A stretch of 64,000 nucleotides of DNA from Gammaproteobacteria bacterium (GTDB lineage Bacteria > Pseudomonadota > Gammaproteobacteria > Eutrophobiales > Eutrophobiaceae), in assembly GCA_965198875.1 (NCBI GenBank), contig CBDAPU010000001.1:495134-559133 (forward strand), read 5' to 3'. Both the position numbers and the translations under genes were made by a program. Shown piece after piece: positions 33,174 to 42,002 of this stretch. The notes under the pieces are model-generated. The model made no database searches and was not told the origin of the DNA. It saw only the letters and a program-made list of their open reading frames with translations. How positions within the stretch are numbered: position 1 is the stretch's first letter; the number at the start of each line of letters is the position of its first letter.

Positions 33174-34793
33174 ATGACCATCACAAAAAATGATTTCCCC
33201 GGGCTCTTAAAGGAGCTAACTGATATCGGCGTTGCCCTGTCCGCCGAGAAAGATCATACCCGCCTGCTGGAGATGATCCTGCTCAAGGCGAAAGCGTTCA
33301 CCGGCGCCGATGGCGGTACGCTCTATACCCGTACCGAGGATAATGCGCTCAAATTTGAAATCATGATCACCGAATCCCTGGCGCTGCATCGGGGAGGCAC
33401 CAGTGGTGAGGCGATAAATTTCTATCCCATTGCATTGCATGATGAGCAGGGCAGGCCTAATAGAAAGATGGTCGCCGCCTGGGCGGCGCTCAGTGGCGAG
33501 ACGGTCAACATTGAAGACGCCTATAGCAGCGATGAGTTTGATTTCTCAGGCACACGTCAATTCGATGCAAAAACCGGTTATCGATCAACATCATTTCTCA
33601 CCGTGCCGATGACCGATCATGAAAATGAAATCACCGGTGTATTACAACTGATCAATGCCATGGAAGATGGACAGGTCGTGGCGTTTTCCGCACTGGATCA
33701 GCAACTGGTTGAATCGCTGGCCTCTCAGGCGGCGGTCACCATGACCAATCGAAGCCTGATCAACGCCCAGAAAAAATTATTCGACGCCTTAATTCAATTG
33801 ATAGCCAATGCCATTGATGAGAAATCACCTTATACGGCGGGGCATTGTCGGCGTGTGCCCGTGCTCACCAACATGCTGGCCGATGCCGCCTGCCGCATAG
33901 ACAGGGGACCGTTAAAAGATTTTCAAATGACTGACGAGGAGAAGTATGAAGTGGAAGTGGCGGCCTGGTTGCATGATTGCGGCAAGATAACGACGCCGGA
34001 ATACGTGGTGGACAAGGGCACCAAACTGGAAACCCTGTTTGATCGCATTCACCTGGTTGATACACGCTTTGAGGTGATCAAACGGGATGCAATCATCGCG
34101 GCGTTATTAAACCGGATCAGCGATCTCGGCGGCGGCGCCGACCCCTGCCTTGACGACGCCGCATTAAATAAAACATTACAAAGCCTGGACGATGAGCGTG
34201 ATTTTATTCGACAAACCAATATCGGCGGTGAGTTTTTATCTGCCGAGGATAAAAAACGCATTGAGAAAATAGGCGGACATACATGGAATACGCCGGCGAA
34301 TGATGAGGGCAGTTTGTTATCAACAGAGGAAATTGAGAACCTGCAAATCGGCAGGGGCACGCTGTCGGTAAGAGAGCGTGAGATCATCAACAATCACGTC
34401 TCGGTCACCATTAAAATGCTTAATTCCCTGCCATACCCGAAACATTTAAGACGTGTGCCGGAATACGCCGGTGGTCACCATGAAAAAATGGATGGTAGCG
34501 GCTATCCCCATGGCCTGACCGGTGAGCAAATGTCGATCCCGGCCCGCATGGTGGCCATAGCCGATGTGTTTGAGGCCTTAACGGCCAGAGACCGGCCCTA
34601 TAAAAAGGCAATGACCTTATCTCAATCCCTGAGGATCCTCGGCAGGATGAAGGAGGATAAACACGTGGATGCGGATCTGTTTGATGTCTTTGTGCATGAT
34701 CGGATCTATCTCAAATACGCCGAGCAATACCTTGACCCCGGGCAAATCGACGATGTGGATGTTCACGCCATCCCCGGCTACGCACCACTGTAA
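33174..34793 (+). CDS. GAF-domain HD-GYP protein (putative cyclic-di-GMP phosphodiesterase)
   Basis: N-terminal GAF-like region. HD motif AAWLHDCGKITTP and GGHHEKMDGSGYPHGL (HD-GYP signature). 539 aa. Confidence 0.85.
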   Translation: MTITKNDFPGLLKELTDIGVALSAEKDHTRLLEMILLKAKAFTGADGGTLYTRTEDNALKFEIMITESLALHRGGTSGEAINFYPIALHDEQGRPNRKMVAAWAALSGETVNIEDAYSSDEFDFSGTRQFDAKTGYRSTSFLTVPMTDHENEITGVLQLINAMEDGQVVAFSALDQQLVESLASQAAVTMTNRSLINAQKKLFDALIQLIANAIDEKSPYTAGHCRRVPVLTNMLADAACRIDRGPLKDFQMTDEEKYEVEVAAWLHDCGKITTPEYVVDKGTKLETLFDRIHLVDTRFEVIKRDAIIAALLNRISDLGGGADPCLDDAALNKTLQSLDDERDFIRQTNIGGEFLSAEDKKRIEKIGGHTWNTPANDEGSLLSTEEIENLQIGRGTLSVREREIINNHVSVTIKMLNSLPYPKHLRRVPEYAGGHHEKMDGSGYPHGLTGEQMSIPARMVAIADVFEALTARDRPYKKAMTLSQSLRILGRMKEDKHVDADLFDVFVHDRIYLKYAEQYLDPGQIDDVDVHAIPGYAPL

Positions 34794-34819
34794 ATGGCCG
34801 CTTATCTCATAACGATTTA

Positions 34820-35698
34820 TTGAATACCCCGCAAGCACTCCTTAACTGGGCGGAGCGGCAATTCATTCAAGCCGACTTATGCTATGGACATGGCACGGAT
34901 AACCCCCTGGATGAGGCCGCCTATTTGCTATTCACCGAGTTGGACATGCCTTTCGATGCGGGCGCCGACATGCTCGAGCAACCCTTATCGCCCCCCCAGG
35001 TAGAAAAAATAAAAGCGCTGGTGCAAAGGCGTATCGCAACAAGGCGGCCTGTCGCCTACCTGATCAGGCGGGCCTGGTTCGCCGGTTTATGTTTTTATGT
35101 GGATGAGCGCGTGTTGATCCCCCGATCGCCGCTGGCTGAGCTAATATCAGCCGAGTTCTCCCCCTGGTCTCAAAACAAAAAGGTACGGCGGATTTTGGAT
35201 GTTGGCACGGGCAGTGGTTGTATCGCCATCGCCTGTGCCAGCGTTTTCCCGGATGCGCTCATCGACGCCGTAGACATTGAGCCCCGGGCATTGGCCGTGG
35301 CAAAGATGAACGCTGAAAAACACGGGGTATCTGGGCGGGTCGATTTCATCCAGTCAGATGTATTTCAGGCCCTCGGCAAAAGGCGGTATGACGTCATCAT
35401 CAGCAATCCACCGTATGTGGCGGATGATGAGATGCAGAGCCTGCCGCCGGAGTACCAACACGAGCCGGGCAGGGCCTTGAGAGCCGGCGCCGATGGTCTT
35501 GATATCATCATGCGTATTCTTCACCAGTCCCATGAACACTTATCCGCCGATGGCATACTCATCGTTGAGGTGGGTGAGGCGCGCGCCCTGCTTGAGGCAA
35601 AATACCCGACAACCCCCTTCATCTGGCTGGAGTTCGAGCGGGGGGGCGAGGGCGTGTTTTTGTTATTCGCTGAAAATCTTGCTACCGTAAAGAGATGA
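34820..35698 (+). CDS. prmB: 50S ribosomal protein L3 glutamine N5-methyltransferase
   Basis: CYGHGTDNPLDEAAYL, SAM motif ILDVGTGSGCIA and NPPY. TTG start. Confidence 0.8.
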   Translation: MNTPQALLNWAERQFIQADLCYGHGTDNPLDEAAYLLFTELDMPFDAGADMLEQPLSPPQVEKIKALVQRRIATRRPVAYLIRRAWFAGLCFYVDERVLIPRSPLAELISAEFSPWSQNKKVRRILDVGTGSGCIAIACASVFPDALIDAVDIEPRALAVAKMNAEKHGVSGRVDFIQSDVFQALGKRRYDVIISNPPYVADDEMQSLPPEYQHEPGRALRAGADGLDIIMRILHQSHEHLSADGILIVEVGEARALLEAKYPTTPFIWLEFERGGEGVFLLFAENLATVKR

Positions 35699-37032
35699 TG
35701 GAGAAAAACATCAAGGTATGGCGCACAGATGATGCACAAGCCGTGGCCGGCGGCGGTTTATTAGACAGACGCAGGTTCTTAAAAAGTGCCCTGGCTGTGG
35801 GGGCCGCACCGCTTGTTTCACACCCTGCAAAGGCCGGGGAGAGAACAACATTCACCCGACCTGAGTGGATGAATGTGCCTGGTGATGGATTTACCCCCTA
35901 CGGCGAACCATCGTCCTTTGAAGAGGCCGTTATTCGTTTCCCCTCCTCTAATCGGCAACTGCCCGGTAACGGTGTTGCCTGGACCCCGCTACATCGGCTG
36001 GAAGGCACGCTAACCCCAAACGGCCTGCATTTTGAAAGACACCACAACGGCGTCCCGAAAATTGATCCGGCCAAACATCGGCTACTGATCCATGGGCTTG
36101 TGGATAAACCGGCTTTTTTCAGCATGGCCGATTTATTGCGTTATCCCTTGCGCTCACAGATCTGTTTTATTGAATGTGGCGGTAACAGTAATGCCGGATG
36201 GAACAGATCCCCTGCCCGTGCCGAGGCGGGTTATTTTCACGGCCTTATTTCCTGTAGTGAATGGACGGGCGTTCCATTGGCGAGCCTTCTCGATGAAGTG
36301 GGGGTAAGCAAGGCGGCGACATGGCTGATCGCCGATGGCGCCGATGCCTTCGCCATGAACATCAGTATCCCGATGGCGAAGGCCAGGGATGACGCCATCG
36401 TGGCCCTGTATCAAAATGGAGAGCGGTTAAGACCTGAAAACGGCTATCCATTGCGTTTGCTGTTGCCGGGTTGGGAAGGCGTATTAAACGTGAAGTGGTT
36501 GCGCTCATTAAAGGCGACGGCGGGCCCCATCATGTCCCGTAATGAGACGGCAAGATACACCGAGCTGTTGCCGTCCGGCAAGGCGCAGATGTTTACTTTC
36601 ACCATGGAGGCGAAATCACTGATCACCTCACCATCTTCGGGCATGGCCTTAAAACCCGGGTTGCATCAGATCAGCGGGCTGGCCTGGAGTGGTCGGGGAG
36701 AGATAAAACAGGTGGACGTCTCCGCCGATGGCGGGCGCTCCTGGGCGGCGGCCCATCTTGAGGAGCCGGTGTTGGCGAAAGCCTTGACCCGGTTTCGTAT
36801 TCCCTGGCGATGGGACGGCGCCCCGGCCACATTAAAAAGCAGGGCCATTGACGAGACCGGTTATGTACAACCTGAGAGAGCACAATTACTCGCCGCTAAA
36901 GGCAGGCAGGGTTTTTATCATTACAACGCCATCGTCACCTGGCATGTTGATGAAGAGGGTGATGTTAGCCACCGTTATGATCGCAAAGCACAGAGCGCTG
37001 ATCATCTGGGCATTGATGCTGATTGGGACTAG
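35695..37032 (+). CDS. sulfite-oxidase-family molybdopterin subunit (SorA/SoxC-like sulfite dehydrogenase), Tat-exported
   Basis: Twin-arginine signal LLDRRRFLKSALAVGAAPL. FIECGGNSN is the Mo-ligand Cys region of the sulfite oxidase family. 445 aa. The start overlaps the prmB stop (ATGA). Confidence 0.8.
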   Translation: MMEKNIKVWRTDDAQAVAGGGLLDRRRFLKSALAVGAAPLVSHPAKAGERTTFTRPEWMNVPGDGFTPYGEPSSFEEAVIRFPSSNRQLPGNGVAWTPLHRLEGTLTPNGLHFERHHNGVPKIDPAKHRLLIHGLVDKPAFFSMADLLRYPLRSQICFIECGGNSNAGWNRSPARAEAGYFHGLISCSEWTGVPLASLLDEVGVSKAATWLIADGADAFAMNISIPMAKARDDAIVALYQNGERLRPENGYPLRLLLPGWEGVLNVKWLRSLKATAGPIMSRNETARYTELLPSGKAQMFTFTMEAKSLITSPSSGMALKPGLHQISGLAWSGRGEIKQVDVSADGGRSWAAAHLEEPVLAKALTRFRIPWRWDGAPATLKSRAIDETGYVQPERAQLLAAKGRQGFYHYNAIVTWHVDEEGDVSHRYDRKAQSADHLGIDADWD

Positions 37033-37507
37033 CCCCCTCGCCGGTGAGCTACGCCCCGGCCCCGGTCTGGGTACAGCGGCCAGCGCCGCCGACATCATCG
37101 CCCATGATTGGGGGGTGACGCCGGATGGCGCCGGTTTGCCGGCAGGCAGTGGCACGGTGAGGCAGGGCAAGCGTCTCTATGAGGCGCAGTGTATCGCCTG
37201 TCACGGCGCCGGGGGTCTTGGTGAGAGCGGCGATCAACTGGCGGGGGCGAGGATGCAACTGACCGATGAGTGGCCGGAGAAGACCGTTGGTACTTACTGG
37301 CCCTACGCCACCACCCTGTTTGATTTTATCCGCCGCGCCAAACCGATGACGGAACCGGGCAGCCTGAGTGCCTCTGATGTCTATGCGCTGAGCGCCTATA
37401 TCCTTTATCTGAACGATATTATTCCTAAGGGGCAATCACTGAACGCCAGGTCCTTACAAAACATCAACATGCCAAACCGGGACGGCTTCATCCACATACT
37501 GAAATAA
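36977..37507 (+). CDS. monohaem c-type cytochrome subunit (SorB/SoxD-like)
   Basis: Single CIACHG haem-binding motif. Signal-like MIAKHRALIIWALMLIGTSPLAG. The ORF opens at 36848 inside the preceding gene, so the start is uncertain (36950 and 36977 are candidates). Confidence 0.65.
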   Translation: MIAKHRALIIWALMLIGTSPLAGELRPGPGLGTAASAADIIAHDWGVTPDGAGLPAGSGTVRQGKRLYEAQCIACHGAGGLGESGDQLAGARMQLTDEWPEKTVGTYWPYATTLFDFIRRAKPMTEPGSLSASDVYALSAYILYLNDIIPKGQSLNARSLQNINMPNRDGFIHILK

Positions 37508-37561
37508 CAGGTGCATGTTGCGCTATCGTGATCATCTGCCGGTTTATTATGGCGCCCCGGT

Positions 37562-37606
37562 GGCAACGATGGCAACGATGGCAACGATGGCAACGATGGC
37601 AACGAG
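37562..37606. repeat. 9-bp tandem repeat, 5 copies: (GGCAACGAT)x4 + GGCAACGAG
   Basis: Read directly from the sequence. Intergenic, 62 nt upstream of the aroC start. Confidence 0.97.
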
Positions 37607-37667
37607 ATAAAGAGAGCCGTTAAATCCGGCGGGCATAAATCTTTCCAAGCCGTTAAAATAACATCCC

Positions 37668-38734
37668 ATGTCCGGCAATACCTTTGGGAAATTATTCACA
37701 GTGACAAGTTGTGGCGAGAGCCATGGCTATGGCTATCTGTGCATTGTTGATGGTTGTCCGCCCGGCATGGCGCTGAGCGATAAGGATCTGCAACGGGATC
37801 TGGACAGGCGAAAGCCGGGGAAATCAAGGCATGTTACCCAGCGCAGGGAATCGGATCAGGTGAAGATCATCTCCGGTGTATTTGAAGGCAAGACAACCGG
37901 CACGCCCATAGGGCTTATTATTAAAAATGAAGATCAACGGGCGAAAGATTATGCGGCGATTAAAGAGAAGTTTCGCCCGGGACATGCCGATTACACCTAC
38001 CAGAAAAAATACGGCAGACGGGATCACCGAGGCGGCGGGCGCGCCTCCGCCCGTGAGACCTGTATGCGTGTTGCGGCCGGCGCCATCGCAAAGAAGTATC
38101 TACAAGAGCAGCACGCCTGCCAAATACGCGGGCGCCTGTCCCGGTTAGGCGCTATCGAGATAGCGTTAAAAGACTGGAATGAAGTCGATAACAATCCGTT
38201 TTTCTGTGCTGATCCCGGCATGGTCGGTGAGCTGGAGTCTTATATGGATGAGCTAAGGAGGTCCGGCGACTCCATCGGTGCACGGATCAACCTGGTTGCG
38301 AGCAATACCCCGCCTGGATTGGGAGAGCCCATCTTTGATCGCCTGGATGCGGACATCGCAAAGGCGATGATGGGTATCAATGCGGTGAAGGGGGTTGAGC
38401 TGGGGGATGGTTTTGCCGTGGTAGGGCAAAAAGGCACCGAGCATAGAGATGAGATCTCCGCCGGGGGTTTTTATCTAACCATGCCGGCGGCACATTGGGG
38501 GGCATATCCAGTGGTCAGGACATTCTTGTCAGTATTGCCTTGAAGCCAACATCAAGCATCCGCATCCCGGGTAAAACCATTGATATAGCTGGCAATGAAA
38601 CCGAGGTGAGCACCACCGGCAGGCATGATCCCTGTGTGGGCATACGCGCAACGCCCATTGCCGAGGCCATGCTGGCGATGGTGTTGATGGATCATCTTCT
38701 TCGCCATCAGGCGCAAAATAGCGCGCACATCTGA
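37668..38734 (+). pseudogene. aroC: chorismate synthase, frame broken by a missing base in a T5 run (38468..38472)
   Basis: The N-terminal 268 codons are in the frame of ORF 37668..38543 (SCGESHG...[13 protein letters not shown]). The conserved continuation [29 protein letters not shown]...[28 protein letters not shown] is in the frame of ORF 38495..38734. T6 in place of T5 would restore one ORF. Confidence 0.9.
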
Positions 38735-38749
38735 TATTGAAGAGCCGGG

Positions 38750-41700
38750 TCAGGCCGGGTGCGAATAACGCCCCACGATGATCAGAGAACCATCCTCATC
38801 AAGATGACCTGTATCGCCGGTTTTATACCAGCGCGCCTTGTCTATTTCGACGATGACCTTGCTGGTTTTTTTATCATCTCGCCAATAACCCGGTCCCACC
38901 TGTGCGCCGCCAATGAGGATCAAACCATCTTCACCGGCAGGTAGCCTCTCCCATGTGTCGGGGTCAACGATAAGAAAGCGAACGCCGAGCAAAGGCATGC
39001 CGACAGCGCCCGGTCGCACTTTGCGGTTTGCGAGAGCAAGGCTGCCCGGGATATTGAAGCTGGCGACAGGCGTGGTCTCACTTGCGCCATAACCTGCAAA
39101 AACCGCCTTGTTGAATTTTAATTCAAACGCATCCTGCACATCCGGGCTACATTGCTCAGCGCCGGTAACGACAATGCGTAGTGACGCCAACATCGGCGGA
39201 TGTACCTGGCTACTCTTTGTATATGCACGAAGGGAAGTGGCTGTGCCGGGGAGGATCGTCGCCTTGTATTTTGCTATGGCTTTGGCCACATTGACCACAT
39301 CGTTCGGGGCAGGGTGAGAGACTATGGGTATGCCTTCGATGGCCGGGATCAAGGTCGTGATGGTGAAACCGAATGCCTGAAACAGCGGCAAGGTCGCCAT
39401 GATCACATCACTGGATTGTGTATTTAACACAGTAGCGATTTGTTTTACGTTAGCCATGACGTCTCGATGGCTGAGCATAACGCCTTCAGGCGCCCCTTCA
39501 CTGTCGCTGGCGAAGAAGATGGCCGCCGGCGCATCCGGTTCAACGTGTCGGCGGCGCCACTTCTTTAAGACCCAGGCCGGGCCTATGGATAAAAGGGCCG
39601 AGGCATAGATGTTGGCTACACTGAGCATCGCCCCTTCTAACTCATCCATATCAATAACCTCTAACTCGGATAATAACGGCGCCAGATCCATGCCGCGCAT
39701 CGCCAGCCCGGCTAAAAACTGGCGGGAGGTATAAACATGTTTTATCTGCGCTTTTGCGAGCGCCGCTTGCAGTGCGTTTATATCGGCCGTGTAGTTGAGA
39801 TTGACGAGGGTTTTACCGGCCATGAGAGCGGCCATATTGGCGATGATCCCGGCGCTGCCGGCAGGCAACAGCACGCCGATATGTTGCCCCTTAACCTGTT
39901 GCTTTATTCGTCTGGATAAACACAGGCACCCTGTGGCTAGTTCTCTATAGGAAACCCTCTCGCCAGCGCCGTCGACTACGGCGGTTTTATCAGGCGCACG
40001 CCTCACCCGATCCATAAAAGCGTAAGGCAAGGGTGCGAACGTTTCCGTATAGCGTGTCCATGTAGCGATGGATAGATCAAAGATATGTCTTTTTAATGCG
40101 CCGGCCCCGGTGTTAATCGGCAGGGGCTCCCCAAAGGCGATGATGATATGACCGCCCGCAACCGGTGTTGTTGTTAATCCATCGCAGGCCCCGGAACCCC
40201 GTAAACCTCGCATATGAAAAGGCAAGATAACCCCGTCAGCGGCGGTTTTGGCCACTTTCTCATAGTCGTGCTCAAATGTGCGTAACGCTCCCGAACCACT
40301 GCTCGCCCCCCCAGGGAACAGACAAACGGCCTCACCGGCCTTTAGCATCTCGGAGATGGTCTTCAATGTGGACGGGCCCATGCCGTCGGATAAGGGGATA
40401 ACGCCAAAGCGATCCAGAAACCAGTTTAAGTACCATTTCTGATCGGTCTCTTTTTCCATGATAAATCGTATCGGGCGGGGTGAGGCCATTTGCACTATCG
40501 CCCAGTCTATCCGGCTCATGTGATTACCCAGTAGCAACACGCCACCGGTTTCAGGGATGTTTGCAAACCCCAGCACTTCTAGCCTGCAATGTTGCCCAAT
40601 GATCCGGGCGGTAAGAAAACGCACTAAAGACTGTGGCAGCTTCCAGGCGGTGTAGATCGTCCCTGCCAGGGCGACGGCGGTCAGCAGGGTAAATAACCGG
40701 TGACTGAGATCCATGAAAGAGAAGAGCACCGTCAGCACAAGGAAGCCGAGCATCACGGCATTCTGGATCAGGTTGTTGCCGGCCAGCACCCTGCCCAGAT
40801 TGTTTTTATCGGCATGAAACTGGATCAACGCATTTAACGGAATGATAAACATGCCCCCCAGCACGCCCAGCAGGAGAATGTTCACGCTGTGCGCCGTCAC
40901 ACTACCCAGCCCCGGCAATATGAAAAGACAGATTGCAATGCCCAGTGAACCTGTTGGAATAAGGGCGGTTTCGATATGATTTTTAGACGCTTTGCCGGCA
41001 ATGATCGAACCCAACATAATGCCGACCCCGGCACAGGCCAGCATCCCCTGAATAATTCTGGTATCAGATACATGGAGATTTTCCTTGGCGAAGGCCGGGA
41101 ATGCCGCAAGCATCACCTGTCCTATCGCCCAGAAAATGGACAGGCCGATGATGGAAAGGAAAATAACCTCATGGGACTTCACCGCCTTGAGGTTATTAAC
41201 CAGGTAATGACCGCTTCGATATTGCTCCCAGTCGAACAACATCTTCTCATCCAGATCCTGGGTTTTGGGTAGTCGATATGCCAGAACTAACTCAACCACC
41301 GCTCCCAGGATCAAAAACCAGCCAATGGGTTTGATGGCCCGTAATACATCCTGTTTATCTGCAAACGCCACATCAGCCAAATACATCTCAAAGAATATGG
41401 AAAAAACGAATGTCCCGGCGAGGATGGCGGTAGTGGTGGTTGCCTGTACCAGCCCATTGGCCCGAGCGAGTTTTTCCTTACCTGCAATCTCTTTGATATA
41501 CCCGTATTTTGCAGGGGAATAAAATGCGCTTTGAACCGCCAGTAAAAATGTCATGGCAAATGCCGCCCAGAACCAGCCCAGATAATAAAAAACGGTGATC
41601 AGGGATGTTAAACACACCGCCGCCCAGGCGCTGATCCGCATGACGTTATTTTTCGGGTATTTATCCGCCAGAAAACCAGAAGGGGTAAACAATAATATGA

Positions 41701-41875
41701 ATGGCAACAGGATTAAGGCGTTGACTATCGCCGTGAGTATGATCAGCACATCGCCTTCATAGGTTTTGAAGACGGTATTCTGGATGGTGATTTTATGACC
41801 CAGATCAACGAAGGCATTCAGGAAAACCACGGCCAGGTAAGGAGAGAAACCGGCGATCTTAAACAGCGCACCCAT
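38750..41875 (-). CDS. fusion protein: MFS lysophospholipid transporter (LplT-like) + PlsC-type acyltransferase + acyl-ACP synthetase (Aas-like AMP-binding) domain, apparently truncated at the C-terminus
   Basis: Residues ~1-420 carry ~12 TM helices. GNHMSRIDW is the HX4D acyltransferase motif (~40505..40530). The AMP-binding region has FFASDSEGAPEG (39481..39520), GYGASETT and YKTGDTGHLDEDGSLIIVGR, then a stop 6 codons later. Confidence 0.8.
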   Translation of the reverse strand: MGALFKIAGFSPYLAVVFLNAFVDLGHKITIQNTVFKTYEGDVLIILTAIVNALILLPFILLFTPSGFLADKYPKNNVMRISAWAAVCLTSLITVFYYLGWFWAAFAMTFLLAVQSAFYSPAKYGYIKEIAGKEKLARANGLVQATTTTAILAGTFVFSIFFEMYLADVAFADKQDVLRAIKPIGWFLILGAVVELVLAYRLPKTQDLDEKMLFDWEQYRSGHYLVNNLKAVKSHEVIFLSIIGLSIFWAIGQVMLAAFPAFAKENLHVSDTRIIQGMLACAGVGIMLGSIIAGKASKNHIETALIPTGSLGIAICLFILPGLGSVTAHSVNILLLGVLGGMFIIPLNALIQFHADKNNLGRVLAGNNLIQNAVMLGFLVLTVLFSFMDLSHRLFTLLTAVALAGTIYTAWKLPQSLVRFLTARIIGQHCRLEVLGFANIPETGGVLLLGNHMSRIDWAIVQMASPRPIRFIMEKETDQKWYLNWFLDRFGVIPLSDGMGPSTLKTISEMLKAGEAVCLFPGGASSGSGALRTFEHDYEKVAKTAADGVILPFHMRGLRGSGACDGLTTTPVAGGHIIIAFGEPLPINTGAGALKRHIFDLSIATWTRYTETFAPLPYAFMDRVRRAPDKTAVVDGAGERVSYRELATGCLCLSRRIKQQVKGQHIGVLLPAGSAGIIANMAALMAGKTLVNLNYTADINALQAALAKAQIKHVYTSRQFLAGLAMRGMDLAPLLSELEVIDMDELEGAMLSVANIYASALLSIGPAWVLKKWRRRHVEPDAPAAIFFASDSEGAPEGVMLSHRDVMANVKQIATVLNTQSSDVIMATLPLFQAFGFTITTLIPAIEGIPIVSHPAPNDVVNVAKAIAKYKATILPGTATSLRAYTKSSQVHPPMLASLRIVVTGAEQCSPDVQDAFELKFNKAVFAGYGASETTPVASFNIPGSLALANRKVRPGAVGMPLLGVRFLIVDPDTWERLPAGEDGLILIGGAQVGPGYWRDDKKTSKVIVEIDKARWYKTGDTGHLDEDGSLIIVGRYSHPA

Positions 41876-42002
41876 TGTTATGTTTCCTCTGTGAAGGGCT
41901 GTTCAGGGCGCATGTCGGCAAGCGGGTTGATTATCGCAACTTGCCCCATCTCGCCCCTGTGGATAGATTGAGGCGCCGCTGAAAGCCGTTATTGGCCTTG
42001 CA

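Noticed and set aside
37405-37602. 65-aa minus-strand ORF starting MPSLPSLPSLPSLP
   Set aside because: It is a translation of the 9-bp tandem repeat, has no RBS, and overlaps the end of the cytochrome c gene.
37562-37606. Possible CRISPR array
   Set aside because: The units are 9 bp and directly abutting with no spacers, and there are no cas genes. It is a simple tandem repeat.
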